Positions 37,241 through 46,914 of a stretch of DNA of 64,000 nt are shown here, in pieces. The stretch's first letter is position 1, and every line of letters begins with the position of its first letter. The position numbers and the translations under genes are program-made. The notes beneath the pieces were generated by a model. The model saw only the letters and a list, made by a program, of their open reading frames with translations, searched no databases and was not told the origin of the DNA. Source of the stretch: Candidatus Fermentibacteraceae bacterium. GTDB lineage: Bacteria; Fermentibacterota; Fermentibacteria; Fermentibacterales; JCC-6. The DNA lies in NCBI GenBank assembly GCA_016936235.1, contig JAFGPK010000002.1, positions 20,672-84,671 of the forward strand. Reading direction: 5' to 3'.

Positions 37241-37978
37241 TTATGGCGCAGAAATCATGTCCCTGAGAGCTGCGGGTTCCCTGTTCCGGAGAAGTCTCCT
37301 GAGCTTTCCGATTACCATCGCACTGCTCTCGGCGGACAGGAAATCCGAGGGATGGACCGCGAACCTGAGAGTGTCCGCTCCTGCACAGAGTGTTCCGTAG
37401 ATGTCCACCCACAGAGATGCCAGCAGCCTCTTCAGCGGCCCCCCGCCTGCGTAGTTCGCCACGGGAACCCTTAGAAGAGTGGTCCTGCCGGAAGGGCTCC
37501 AGATCCTCCACCTGCTCTCCGCAAGGCGGAAACCCGTGTGCTCCAGTGCCTTCAACGTCCCCCTGCTGTAGAGCCAGGCCGGCGCCACGAAACTCTCCGC
37601 CTGAATGCCCAAGGCAGCTGCAAGAGTCCGTTTCCCGTTCAGGATCAGGCGCTCCGCCTCATCCCTGTCAAGGTCCAGGAACTCCCCCTCTCCCCTGGTG
37701 AAAAGGAGAGAGCGCAAACCGTTCCATGAAAACCTTTCCGCTGGACTTCCCATGTGGGTCTGTCCGTGGAGCACCATGTCCACTCCCCCTTCTGCAAGTC
37801 CCGAGAGCCAACGGCAGAATTCCGGGTGTTCCTCCAGCGGCCATTCTCCATGGTAATCCGGAACCACCAGCATGCTGTACCGGTCAAGACCCAGTTTCTC
37901 CAGCTCCCCGGCAATATGCCTGAGTGCCCGCTCGTTGGCCGGGGATACATCGTGGACAGCCAGCAGCAGTCTTTTCAT
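37241..37978 (-). CDS. DUF2334-type polysaccharide deacetylase family protein
   Basis: AVHDVSP, LVVPDYH, LHGQTH, EGEF, FVAPAW, FAVHP. Confidence 0.8.
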   Translation of the reverse strand: MKRLLLAVHDVSPANERALRHIAGELEKLGLDRYSMLVVPDYHGEWPLEEHPEFCRWLSGLAEGGVDMVLHGQTHMGSPAERFSWNGLRSLLFTRGEGEFLDLDRDEAERLILNGKRTLAAALGIQAESFVAPAWLYSRGTLKALEHTGFRLAESRWRIWSPSGRTTLLRVPVANYAGGGPLKRLLASLWVDIYGTLCAGADTLRFAVHPSDFLSAESSAMVIGKLRRLLRNREPAALRDMISAP

Positions 37979-37982
37979 TGCT

Positions 37983-39188
37983 CTACCACCAGTCGCCGGG
38001 CGGGTTGAGACCGTCCAGGTCGCCATCCCTCCGGGCCTTGAGGATCATCTCGTAGAAACCCTCCATCCTTCTGAAGGTATCTTTCCAGCAGTGCCTGGAA
38101 ACTGCGTACTGCCGAAGCTCCTCCTTAACGCCCCTTCGAGAGACCTTCACCGCCTCGGCCAGCGAAACTGCCAGGCTCTCGGCGCTCTCCGACCGGTAGG
38201 GCTCCAGAACTCCAAGGGATTCAGCCATCTCCGCAGACGCCCCGCGATCAGGAAACACCGTTACGGTACCGCAGGCGATTGCCTCCAATCCGGCCAGCCC
38301 GAAGGTTTCGTACTGCCCCAGGGCCAGGAACACGTCGGCCGAGGCCATTGCCCGGGCAACACCCTCCCTGCCTGTTATGTACGGCAGCCTCGCCACTTCC
38401 GGGTACCGCGCGATGAATTCATCCACGAGCCTTCTGTGCGGCCCCCGGCCTCCGATGACCAGCTTGATCCTGCCAGGGTCCCTGAACAGGGGGTAGGCCT
38501 CGATCAGCCGATCCAGACCCTTCTCCCAGTGGAACCTTGCCATGTAGAGGACCAGTACTCCTCCCTCGGGGACGCCCATGGATCTTCGGAAGCCTTCCGA
38601 CCGGGCAGCCGGAGAGAACTGCTCGACATCAACGCCGAGCGGGGTATGGAAGAGCCTCTTCACGCCAAGCTCCCTGAGCTTCCACAGCATGCACCTGGAG
38701 GCGGCGAATACGGCGGTCATTGCCCGGTAGGTCCTCCCGGCATGGGCCCTGGCCGTGTCGTAGAGCATTCGGGCGACCCGGCGGGGGAACAGCCTCGAGG
38801 CGTAAGGACCTACGTAGCTGTCGGGGAAGTCAGTGTGGTAGAAGCCAACCACGGGTATGTCTTCTTTCCCGAGGGCGCTCCTGGCAAGAGAGGGAAGGAG
38901 GTACGGGCTCCCCACCTCGACTATGTCCGGGCGGTAGTCAAGTACGACGGAGTTGAGGCCTCCGGACTCCAGGATGATACGATAGCCGGAGCCGAAGAGG
39001 GGCATGGACCTGAGATGGTAGACCCTGGGAGGTCCCTCCGAAACCAGCCGGTCGTCCCTGCCGGGGACCGCAAGGGCTGACGTGTTCTCCGATATGCCCG
39101 ATGAGAAGTAGTCCAGCTTCCTCTCGTGATAGACCCTGATGCCTCCCCCGGTAGGGGAGTAGGAGCTGTTAACGTCCAGTATCCGCAT
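37983..39188 (-). CDS. Glycosyltransferase (GT-B, GT4-like)
   Basis: YSPTGGGIRVYH, GFYHTDFP, PLGVD, RFHWEKG, ETFGLAGLEAIACG. Confidence 0.9.
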   Translation of the reverse strand: MRILDVNSSYSPTGGGIRVYHERKLDYFSSGISENTSALAVPGRDDRLVSEGPPRVYHLRSMPLFGSGYRIILESGGLNSVVLDYRPDIVEVGSPYLLPSLARSALGKEDIPVVGFYHTDFPDSYVGPYASRLFPRRVARMLYDTARAHAGRTYRAMTAVFAASRCMLWKLRELGVKRLFHTPLGVDVEQFSPAARSEGFRRSMGVPEGGVLVLYMARFHWEKGLDRLIEAYPLFRDPGRIKLVIGGRGPHRRLVDEFIARYPEVARLPYITGREGVARAMASADVFLALGQYETFGLAGLEAIACGTVTVFPDRGASAEMAESLGVLEPYRSESAESLAVSLAEAVKVSRRGVKEELRQYAVSRHCWKDTFRRMEGFYEMILKARRDGDLDGLNPPGDWW

Positions 39189-39208
39189 GGACCCCTTCTC
39201 GGGGAGCG

Positions 39209-41230
39209 TCAGTGTATGCCGTCACCGGGGATGGCGTCATCGGCGGGCTGAAGCAGTCTTACCCGGCCCTTCCCGTCATCGGATGCCAGCACCATGCCGT
39301 TGCTCTCCACTCCCCTTATCTTCACCGGCTGAAGGTTGACCAGCACCACCACCCGGCGGCCGGTAAGCTCCTCCGCCGTGTAGTATGGCTTCATACCCGC
39401 AACAAGCTGACGCACATGGTCCCCCAGGTCCACCAGCAGCCTGAACAGCTTGTCGGCGCCCTTGATCTCGTGGACTTCCGTAACGACACCGACCCTCATG
39501 TCCATCTTCATGAATTCCTCATAGGGGACGGTCTCCCTAACATCCGGCGATCCCTCTGGAGCCTTCTTCGTGGTCTCCGGTGCAGCGTCATCATAGATAA
39601 CGGTCTCGAATCCTGTCTCCAGCTTCTCCAGAAGTATCTCGGGCCGTCCGAGCCTGTCACCCGGCTTCAGGTTCTCACAGCCTGCCTCTTTCCATTCGAG
39701 GGCTTCCCTGCCCAGCATCTTCCCGGTCCTCTCGCAGGTGAAGGGAATGTACGGAGCGAACAGGATCCTCAGAGCGTCCGCCAGCTGAAGGCTGTAGTAA
39801 ATGGTGGTGGCGCAGCTCTCCCTGTCGGTCTTGGCAGTCTTCCAGGGCTGGCTCTGATCGAAATACCTGTTGCCCTCCCTGGCCAGCTCCATTACCCTCA
39901 GGCAGGCCGTCTTCAAACTGAAGCCCCTGATCAGGTCCTCCACCTCGTCCCTTGTGGCCCTGGCGGAAGACATAAGCTGACTCTCGGCCTCACCCGCCTC
40001 GCCGGGGGCCGGGACCATACCGTCGAAGGTCCTGTGGGCGAACTTCATGATCCTGTTGATGAAGTTCCCGAAAACATCGGCAAGCTCGTTGTTCCTGGCG
40101 CGGAACTCGTCCCAGGAAAAATCGGTGTCGCGATTCTCCGGAGCGTTGATGGCCAGGGCGTACCTCATGGGATCTGGAGGGAAATAGGCCAGGTAATCAT
40201 TCAGCCAGACGGCGGTGCCCCTGCTTGTGGAGAATTTCTCTCCCTTGATGTTCAGGTACTCGTTGGCGGGGATGTTCCAGGGCAGGACGTACCCGCCCAG
40301 TCCGTGAAGGACGGCGGGTTGTATGACGGCGTGGAACACTATGTTGTCCTTGCCTATGAACTGGACAAGCCTGGTCTCGGGATCAAGCCAGTACCTCTTC
40401 CAGCCTTCGGGATCACCGATGTTCCTGAAGTACTCCCTGGTGCTGCTGACATAGCCCAGCAGAGCCTCGAACCAGACGTAGAGGACCTTGCCCTCCGCTC
40501 CAGGGACCGGCACCGGAACGCCCCAGTCCAGGTCCCTCGTGATAGCCCGTTCACGAAGACCCTCGTCCATCCATCCCCTGCAATAGTTCAGCACGTTCCC
40601 CTTCCAGTCGGGATGACCCGCCAGCCACTGTTCGATCCATTCCTGGAACGCATCAAGACGAAGGAACCAGTGCGTGGTGTCACGGGGCACAGGAGTGGAA
40701 CCGCATATTGAGCATAGAGGCTCCAGAAGCTCCAGGGCTTCCAGCCAGCTGCCGCAGTCATCGCACTGGTCGCCCCTGGCATTGGCGGAACCGCACTGGG
40801 GACATGTCCCCCCCACATACCTGTCAGGCAGGAACCTGCTGCACCTGTCGCAGTGGAACTGCTTCATGGATTTCTCTACTATGTAACCCTTCTCAAGCAG
40901 GTCCAGGAAGACTTCCTGGGCGAAGCGATAGTGCTCGGGCTTCTCGGTCCGTGAGAAATTGTCGAACGAGATCCCGAACCGCTGGAAGTCCCTGGCAATA
41001 ACCTCGTGGAACCTGTCCACCGCTTCCTTCGGGGTGATACCCAGCTGCTCGGCCTTGATGGTGATGGGTACACCGTGTTCGTCGGTGCCGCAAATGTATT
41101 TGACATCTTCGCGCTGCATCCTGAGAAACCTGACATAGATATCCGCAGGAAGGTATGCACCGGCCAGATGGCCCAGGTGCAGGGGGCCATTCGCGTAAGG
41201 CAGCGCGCTAGTTACAAGATATCTTGACAT
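39209..41230 (-). CDS. metG: Methionine--tRNA ligase with C-terminal tRNA-binding domain
   Basis: TSALPYANGPLHLGH, zinc-knuckle CxxC pairs, ITRDLDWG, YVWFEA, GKDNIVFH, KFSTSRG, C-terminal Trbp111-like domain. Confidence 0.98.
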   Translation of the reverse strand: MSRYLVTSALPYANGPLHLGHLAGAYLPADIYVRFLRMQREDVKYICGTDEHGVPITIKAEQLGITPKEAVDRFHEVIARDFQRFGISFDNFSRTEKPEHYRFAQEVFLDLLEKGYIVEKSMKQFHCDRCSRFLPDRYVGGTCPQCGSANARGDQCDDCGSWLEALELLEPLCSICGSTPVPRDTTHWFLRLDAFQEWIEQWLAGHPDWKGNVLNYCRGWMDEGLRERAITRDLDWGVPVPVPGAEGKVLYVWFEALLGYVSSTREYFRNIGDPEGWKRYWLDPETRLVQFIGKDNIVFHAVIQPAVLHGLGGYVLPWNIPANEYLNIKGEKFSTSRGTAVWLNDYLAYFPPDPMRYALAINAPENRDTDFSWDEFRARNNELADVFGNFINRIMKFAHRTFDGMVPAPGEAGEAESQLMSSARATRDEVEDLIRGFSLKTACLRVMELAREGNRYFDQSQPWKTAKTDRESCATTIYYSLQLADALRILFAPYIPFTCERTGKMLGREALEWKEAGCENLKPGDRLGRPEILLEKLETGFETVIYDDAAPETTKKAPEGSPDVRETVPYEEFMKMDMRVGVVTEVHEIKGADKLFRLLVDLGDHVRQLVAGMKPYYTAEELTGRRVVVLVNLQPVKIRGVESNGMVLASDDGKGRVRLLQPADDAIPGDGIH

Positions 41231-41261
41231 GTTCACTCCAATTTTCCGGTGGACCCGCGGA

Positions 41262-42167
41262 TCATTCCAGCGGCTCCTCATCATCAATGTCGATCCTGCC
41301 AGAAGCTTTCCTTCTCCTGTGGAACTTCTCTATCTCCATTGCCTTCTCCTCGCCGTCATCCATCTCCAGGGTGACGGTCTCCTGGAAAATGTCCACACCG
41401 CTCACCCTTGCCTCCCTCCGTCCTATAAGGACTTTGACGCCCAGCTGAGGATAGAGCTTTGAAGCTTTTCTGTAGAACTCAGTCTCGTAGTTCAGGCAGC
41501 ACATCAGTCTTCCGCAGACCCCTGAGACCTTGGCGGGATTCGGGGCCAGGTCCTGTTCCCTGGCGGCCTTCAGCGTGATCGAGCGGAAACGGGACAGGTA
41601 CGCTGAACAGCAGAGCCTTCTACCGCATATGCCTATTCCGTCCTTCTGGCGCGCGTCGTCCCTGACTCCTATCTGCCTCATTTCTATTCTGGCGTGGAAC
41701 TTGCTGGCCAGGTCGCGGACCAGTCCCCTGAAGTCCTTGCGCTGATCGGCGGTGAAGAACACCCTTATCTTCCTTCTGTCCAGCTGGGCCTCGCAGCTGG
41801 TCAGTTTCATTTCCATGCTCCTGGTTGATACCCGTTTCATGCAGAATTTCAAAACCTTGTCCTCGAAATCGCGGTTCTCCTCGTATATCCTGATGTCCTC
41901 TGGAGTGGCAATCCGCAGGAAGTGACCGTCGATGGACGCCACCGGGTCCCTGGGACTGTACTTGGCTACTACGATGCCAAGGTCCTCGCCCCTGTCCACA
42001 GCGACCACCACCATCTCTCCCACGGAGATCGGCTGCCGGGTCAGATTGATGTATGTCTCCAGCCTCCTGGAGCTGAACAGGAGCCTGAAGAGTTCGGTGG
42101 CGCCGGACCTCTCCTTCTCGTAGGAACCGTTCCCGATGTCCCCGTTTCCGCCAGTCAATGAGATCAA
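41262..42167 (-). CDS. ricT: PSP1 domain protein (RicT/YaaT-like)
   Basis: DFRGLVRDLA..FHARIEMRQIGVRD, GICGRRLCC, SGVCGRLMCCLNYE. Sits between holB and metG. Start estimated at a TTG overlapping the holB stop. Confidence 0.88.
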   Translation of the reverse strand: MISLTGGNGDIGNGSYEKERSGATELFRLLFSSRRLETYINLTRQPISVGEMVVVAVDRGEDLGIVVAKYSPRDPVASIDGHFLRIATPEDIRIYEENRDFEDKVLKFCMKRVSTRSMEMKLTSCEAQLDRRKIRVFFTADQRKDFRGLVRDLASKFHARIEMRQIGVRDDARQKDGIGICGRRLCCSAYLSRFRSITLKAAREQDLAPNPAKVSGVCGRLMCCLNYETEFYRKASKLYPQLGVKVLIGRREARVSGVDIFQETVTLEMDDGEEKAMEIEKFHRRRKASGRIDIDDEEPLE

Positions 42168-43243
42168 TCCCTTCCGCCGCCGCGTGCCCTGTCCCAGATA
42201 CCCGTGAACGCCGCTCCCAGCGCAATATTCACCATAACGTTGCCGGCAAGCCTCGCCTCTGCCTTTCTGAAGAGCTCCACGCCAAGGGCGCACGCCTCCT
42301 CGTCCAGTCCCATCCCGCCGGTCTCCTCCCGGGAGTGGCTGATGGGACTCATGCCGGTTTCACCCCTTCGCAGATCGTGAATGAATGCCTGCATGTCCCT
42401 GCAAAACTCCAGGGATCCTTCCCTGCCGAGTTTTCGGGACACCTCGGAAGCCAATGATAATGCACAGGAGACGGAAGCGCATTCCCGTATCATCCTGAGC
42501 ACGGAAGCAGGGTCATTGTCACCCGGCTCCCGCCCGGAGTCATCGGCCCTTGCCAGAGCGGTTCCCGGCCTGCCGTCGGATGACAGGGCCAGCTCAGCCG
42601 CCCTTTCAGGTTCGATACCCAGCCTCTCCACCAGAATGTCCCTGACGATGTCTTCGCCCAGCCTCCTGAACCGGACAAGATGGGTCCTTGACCTTACTGT
42701 GGGAAGAAGGGCCGACCATCTGGAGGAAAGGAGTATGAGGACGGTGTCTTCCGGAGGTTCCTCCAGGGTCTTGAGGAGCGCGTTCGCGGCTTCCACTCCC
42801 ATCCTGTCGGCGTCGAGGATGATCTCGACGTGCCCCCGGTCTTCGTAGGCCTTCATGGAGAGCCTGTCCTGCAACTCCCTGATCTGGTCTATGCTGATCC
42901 TTGTGTTGCCCTCGAACCTGATAGGGGTCACGCCGTCCTCCAGCCTTGTCCTGATCAGTGAGGCGACATCCTCCGGATCGGTGGAGCCCATGGCCGGTAT
43001 CGTCAGCATCACATCCGGGTGCTGGAAATCGAATACCCTGCGGCAATCCCTGCATTCACCGCAGTAGCCTTTGTCGTTCACCCTGCACATCCACGCCGCG
43101 GCGAGCTCCAGGGCCGCCGTGAGCCTTCCTACGCCTGAGGGTCCTGCAAAGAGGTAGGCGTGGGAAAGCCTTCCGGAAGTGTACGCTCTCCCGATGAGCT
43201 CGTCCGCCTTTTCCTGCCCCCTGACCTTCTTCAGTATTCCCAT
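42164..43243 (-). CDS. holB: DNA polymerase III delta-prime subunit
   Basis: HAYLFAGPSGVG, CGECRDC, HPD, ISIDQIR, AANALLKTLEEPP, LLPTVRSR. Confidence 0.95.
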   Translation of the reverse strand: MGILKKVRGQEKADELIGRAYTSGRLSHAYLFAGPSGVGRLTAALELAAAWMCRVNDKGYCGECRDCRRVFDFQHPDVMLTIPAMGSTDPEDVASLIRTRLEDGVTPIRFEGNTRISIDQIRELQDRLSMKAYEDRGHVEIILDADRMGVEAANALLKTLEEPPEDTVLILLSSRWSALLPTVRSRTHLVRFRRLGEDIVRDILVERLGIEPERAAELALSSDGRPGTALARADDSGREPGDNDPASVLRMIRECASVSCALSLASEVSRKLGREGSLEFCRDMQAFIHDLRRGETGMSPISHSREETGGMGLDEEACALGVELFRKAEARLAGNVMVNIALGAAFTGIWDRARGGGRD

Positions 43244-43244
43244 T

Positions 43245-44360
43245 CTACTCCAGGTAATCCTCGGGATCCGACGGGTGTCCGCCCTTTCTCACTTCGAAGT
43301 AGTAGCCGGGCTGGCCTCCGGGAACCGGGCCTGACCTGCCTATCAGAGTACCGGCATCGACCTGGTCTCCGAGACTTACAGCAAGCTGTCCCAGGTATCC
43401 GTAAACGGTGAAGTATCCGTCCTGGTGGTCAAGCACCACCATCTGGCCCCTATCCAGGAATTCCCTGGCGTATATGACTACGCCGGGTGCTGAGGACCTG
43501 ATGTCCTGAGAGGGCTGTGTGACAACGGTGATGCCGTCGCTGGTTGTCTCCGTGCCGTACTCAGGGTGGGTCTCGATCCCGAACCCCCTTACAACCTGGC
43601 CGTCGGCGGGCCAGATCACGGAGCCCCGCTGACGCTCCAGGTAGGCATCCGATCCTGGCTCAGGAAGGAGCGCGGGAGAGCTGGACGAAGTGGATCTGAC
43701 ACTGAGTTGTGTCACGAAGCTCGATGTTGCCAGTCTCCTGTCCTCAAGAACCTGCAGCGATTCCCTCGCCGCCGCTATCCTGCCCATGATCTGGCTCCTC
43801 AGCAGAGCCTGCCTGGCCTCCTCCTCGTAGATTCCTCCCTGAATGTTCTCCATCTGCTGACGCAGATGCTGAACATTTATCAGGAGCACTTCCAGGGAGT
43901 CCCTGTAGCTGCCGAGGGAATCCTGGCTCATGGACAGCATGAAGACCTCGCCGGCTGCCTTTGACGCAAGGTAATCTATGTACGCCTGCCTGTGGAGCAT
44001 CCTCCTGAACCCCCCTTCCACGAAGAAGCTCCCCACTCCCCCGAGATTACGATGCGAGTAGAGGTAGAGCATGTAGGACGACAGGCTCTCCACCAGGGTC
44101 TCCCTGAGGGAATCCTCCTCGGTGAATACGCCTGATACCCGGTTCAGCTGCTGAAGGATCCGGGCCTCCTCCAGTGCCAGTTCGTTGTAGTACTCCCTGG
44201 ATGTCAGCAGATGCACGTGGATGGCGTCCAGTATTGTGGACAGGGTTGCTTCTTCCTCTTCCAGCCTTGTTATCTCCTGCTGCATGTCCTGCAGGCATGC
44301 GTCAAGACTGTCCAGAGAGCCGGCGGAGAACATGGCCGCCATAAGCAATACAGCAGTCAA
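43245..44360 (-). CDS. Coiled-coil M23 peptidoglycan endopeptidase / EnvC-like activator
   Basis: Long coiled coil followed by WPADGQVVRGFG, APGVVIYA, LDHQDGYFTVYGYL, YFEVR. The zinc ligands look degenerate, as in EnvC. TTG start with GGAGG RBS. Confidence 0.85.
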   Translation of the reverse strand: MTAVLLMAAMFSAGSLDSLDACLQDMQQEITRLEEEEATLSTILDAIHVHLLTSREYYNELALEEARILQQLNRVSGVFTEEDSLRETLVESLSSYMLYLYSHRNLGGVGSFFVEGGFRRMLHRQAYIDYLASKAAGEVFMLSMSQDSLGSYRDSLEVLLINVQHLRQQMENIQGGIYEEEARQALLRSQIMGRIAAARESLQVLEDRRLATSSFVTQLSVRSTSSSSPALLPEPGSDAYLERQRGSVIWPADGQVVRGFGIETHPEYGTETTSDGITVVTQPSQDIRSSAPGVVIYAREFLDRGQMVVLDHQDGYFTVYGYLGQLAVSLGDQVDAGTLIGRSGPVPGGQPGYYFEVRKGGHPSDPEDYLE

Positions 44361-44382
44361 ACGAGCCTCCCGTCGATCCGCT

Positions 44383-45537
44383 TCAGAGAAGCCTCGAGGC
44401 CAGCTCCTCCGCCCTGTCGGTCTTCTCCCATGAGAAGTGCCCCTCTTTCTCCGGCTCCCTTCCGAAGTGCCCGAAGGAGGATGTCCTGGAGAATATCGGC
44501 CTCTTGAGCCCAAGATACTCTATTATACGGTAGGGGCGAAGGGGGAATATCTCCCTGACCGCCTTCTCGACCTCTCCAACGTCCTTCACCTTCTCCGTGC
44601 CGAAGGTCTCCACCATGACGGATACGGGATCGGATCTGCCGATCGCGTAGGCCAGCTGTATCTCGCACCTTTCGGCTATCCCGGCGCTTACGATGTTCTT
44701 TGCTATATGCCTCGCCATGTAGGCGGCGGATCGATCCACCTTGGTGGGATCCTTGCCCGAAAATGCCCCGCCTCCGTGCCTGCCGGTTCCACCGTAGGTA
44801 TCCACGATTATCTTCCTGCCGGTGAGACCCGCATCGCCATGCGGTCCGCCGATGGCGAACCTGCCCGAAGGATTGAACAGGAGGTTGCCGTTCCAGGGAA
44901 GGGATGGGCAGCAGCCGCCGAGTACCGGCTGGATGACCTTCTTCAGTACATCCTCCGCCATATCAGGAGTATGCGCGTCCGGGGCATGATGGACGGAGAG
45001 CAGTATTTCGTCGATGGCCACAGGCTGGTAGCCATTGTACTCCACTGTGACCTGGCTCTTGGCGTCGGGCCTGGCCCAGGGCAGTTCGCCGGCCCTGCGT
45101 GATTCTCTCAGCTTCTCCAGCAGCCGGTGGGCCAGCTGTATGGGATAGGGCATCAGGGCATCCGTCTCAGAGCAGGCGAACCCGAACATCAGCCCCTGGT
45201 CGCCGGCGCCCTCATTGTCCACTACACCGTGATCGATATCCGGCGACTGGGAGTGTATCCTTATGCGGTAGGTATTCTCAAGGAAATGGAATCCCAGATC
45301 GGGGATGTCGTAGCCTATGGACTTGACGGTTTCCCTGGCCACATTCTCGTAATTCACTTCCGCATGGCTCTTGACCTCTCCCGCCAGAAGACAGAAATTG
45401 GTTGTGACAAGGGTCTCACAGGCCACATGTGAGTCAGGGTCCAGCTTCAGATGAGCGTCCAGCACTGCATCCGAGATCTGGTCGCAGATCTTGTCCGGGT
45501 GTCCTTCCGACACGGATTCGCTCGTGAACATGGTCAT
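44383..45537 (-). CDS. metK: S-adenosylmethionine synthetase
   Basis: FTSESVSEGHPDKICDQISD, GAGDQG, RPDAKSQV, GGPHGDAGLTGRKI, GGGAFSGKD. Confidence 0.98.
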   Translation of the reverse strand: MTMFTSESVSEGHPDKICDQISDAVLDAHLKLDPDSHVACETLVTTNFCLLAGEVKSHAEVNYENVARETVKSIGYDIPDLGFHFLENTYRIRIHSQSPDIDHGVVDNEGAGDQGLMFGFACSETDALMPYPIQLAHRLLEKLRESRRAGELPWARPDAKSQVTVEYNGYQPVAIDEILLSVHHAPDAHTPDMAEDVLKKVIQPVLGGCCPSLPWNGNLLFNPSGRFAIGGPHGDAGLTGRKIIVDTYGGTGRHGGGAFSGKDPTKVDRSAAYMARHIAKNIVSAGIAERCEIQLAYAIGRSDPVSVMVETFGTEKVKDVGEVEKAVREIFPLRPYRIIEYLGLKRPIFSRTSSFGHFGREPEKEGHFSWEKTDRAEELASRLL

Positions 45538-45568
45538 GGTCCTTCAAACCTCCCAGATTCCTCAGCCG

Positions 45569-45595
45569 AAAAAAGAAAAGCCGCCAGCCGGCGGC
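45569..45595 (-). terminator. Intrinsic terminator of the riboswitch expression platform
   Basis: GCCGCC-GGCT-GGCGGC followed by TTTTCTTTTTT on the minus strand, upstream of the metK start. Confidence 0.85.
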
Positions 45596-45610
45596 CTGAG
45601 GTGAGCTATC

Positions 45611-45666
45611 GGCTTTTTAGCACTTTTTTTTACGTGGTTGCAATATACCCCAAATCATTCCACGGC
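45611..45666 (-). ncRNA. SAM-II (or SAM-V-like) riboswitch aptamer
   Basis: Minus strand reads CCGTGG-AA-TGATTT-GGGG-TATATTGCAA-CCACG-TAAAAAAAA-GTGCTAAAAA. It has the P1 stem CGUGG/CCACG and the UGAUUU, UUGCAA and GCUAAAAA hallmarks, and lies upstream of metK. Confidence 0.8.
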
Positions 45667-45671
45667 ATCTA

Positions 45672-45699
45672 ATGATACAATATATCCCGCAGCCGTCAA
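45672..45699 (-). promoter_or_regulatory. Sigma70-type promoter of metK
   Basis: TTGACG-N16-TATCAT on the minus strand, immediately upstream of the aptamer. Confidence 0.7.
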
Positions 45700-45858
45700 T
45701 GGCAGCGTAAGGGGCTTTGGAGGATGTACCCCGCGAGCCCTCCGACCTGGGAAAAAGCTCTTGTGACGTCCACGGTTTGTGGATATACTGTCGCGGTTCC
45801 CCGGTGCTGGCAGTTGTATTATCTTTTGACCTCGGGTCACTCATTTCCGGAGGCAGTA

Positions 45859-46908
45859 TTGAAGAAGAACGTCAAGGTCATCGCAAGCCTGGTCAGGAAG
45901 GCCAAGAAGAAGCTCTATCAGGGCAAGAGGGACGAAGCTCTGGACCTTATAAAGAAGGCCGTGAACATAGATGACAACAACGGGGTTCTTGTTCAGGTGA
46001 TAAAGGTCATCGGCAAGAAGAAGGTAAGGACCGATTACGAGGATGAGTCCGAACTCGATGAGGGGTTCGAGTCTGAACTCGATCAGGACATCAAAGCCGA
46101 ACTTGAACAGGACATCGAAGCCGACGGGGGTAAGTACATCGCAGCCGAACTCGATCAGGACATCAAAGCCGACGGGGATATGTACACCAAAGCCGACGGG
46201 GATATGTACACCAAAGCCGATTCCGGGGTAATAACGACGCCTGAACCTGAGACTTACGCTGAAGCCGAAGGGGATGATGTCCTCGAATTCGCACCGGAGG
46301 AATACCTGGAACCGGAGACGGGACCGGTTGCGGAAATCGAACAGCCAGTTGAAGAGAAACAGGAAAGGAAACCGTCAATGGCCCCAGAGGAGCGGCTTCA
46401 GAGGCTTTTCGAAGCATCCGACAAGGAGTACGAGAACGGCCATCAGCAGAAGGCCATCGCCTATCTGAAGAAGGCCAAGCAGCTGGCGCCTGACAATCAG
46501 GAGGTCCAGGAAAGGGTCGAACTCCTGAAAACCAGGATCAAGTCGGATAACCTTGTTCAGATAGCCTGGAGGAAACTGGAGTCCGGCGAGGAAGCAAAGG
46601 CCGTTGTCCTGGCCAGGGAGGCGTTCCAGATGTTCCCGGAAGCCACAGGCCTTGATGAGCTGCTGTCGGCAATTGAGTACGGCGACTCCTCCGGAGGTGC
46701 CGGAAAACCAGCCTCCCGCGTGTCGAAGTCTTCGGGATCCGATGAGTTATCAGCCGAAGAGTACATTGCACAGGTGAGACAGATGGTGCAGGACAACGCC
46801 CTTGTGGCAGCGGCGGAGCTGGCTGAACGTGCCTACGGAATTCATCCCCGCAATTCGCTGCTCTCGGAGTTCGTTGACAATTTCAAGAAGCTCGGTCTTC
46901 TGGAATAG
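45859..46908 (+). CDS. TPR-like helical repeat protein with acidic low-complexity linker
   Basis: TTG start after GGAGG. TPR-like segments ALDLIKKAVNIDDNN, AIAYLKKAKQLAPDN, AERAYGIHPRN. Confidence 0.75.
   Translation: MKKNVKVIASLVRKAKKKLYQGKRDEALDLIKKAVNIDDNNGVLVQVIKVIGKKKVRTDYEDESELDEGFESELDQDIKAELEQDIEADGGKYIAAELDQDIKADGDMYTKADGDMYTKADSGVITTPEPETYAEAEGDDVLEFAPEEYLEPETGPVAEIEQPVEEKQERKPSMAPEERLQRLFEASDKEYENGHQQKAIAYLKKAKQLAPDNQEVQERVELLKTRIKSDNLVQIAWRKLESGEEAKAVVLAREAFQMFPEATGLDELLSAIEYGDSSGGAGKPASRVSKSSGSDELSAEEYIAQVRQMVQDNALVAAAELAERAYGIHPRNSLLSEFVDNFKKLGLLE
46051..46218 (+). repeat. Seven 24-bp in-frame tandem repeat units (coding VNTR)
   Basis: Two unit types: GAACTCGATCAGGACATCAAAGCC (exact at 46075 and 46147, variants at 46051 and 46099) and GACGGGGATATGTACACCAAAGCC (exact at 46171 and 46195, variant at 46123). 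Confidence 0.9.
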
Positions 46909-46914
46909 CCCCGC

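Noticed and set aside
37872-40711. Long plus-strand ORFs (402 aa and 499 aa) and similar antisense ORFs elsewhere
   Set aside because: They are shadow frames opposite well-supported genes (GT4, metG) in GC-rich DNA and carry no motifs.
45617-45624. CIRCE half-site TTAGCACT
   Set aside because: There is no second arm, and it is simply the reverse complement of the riboswitch AGUGCUAA segment.
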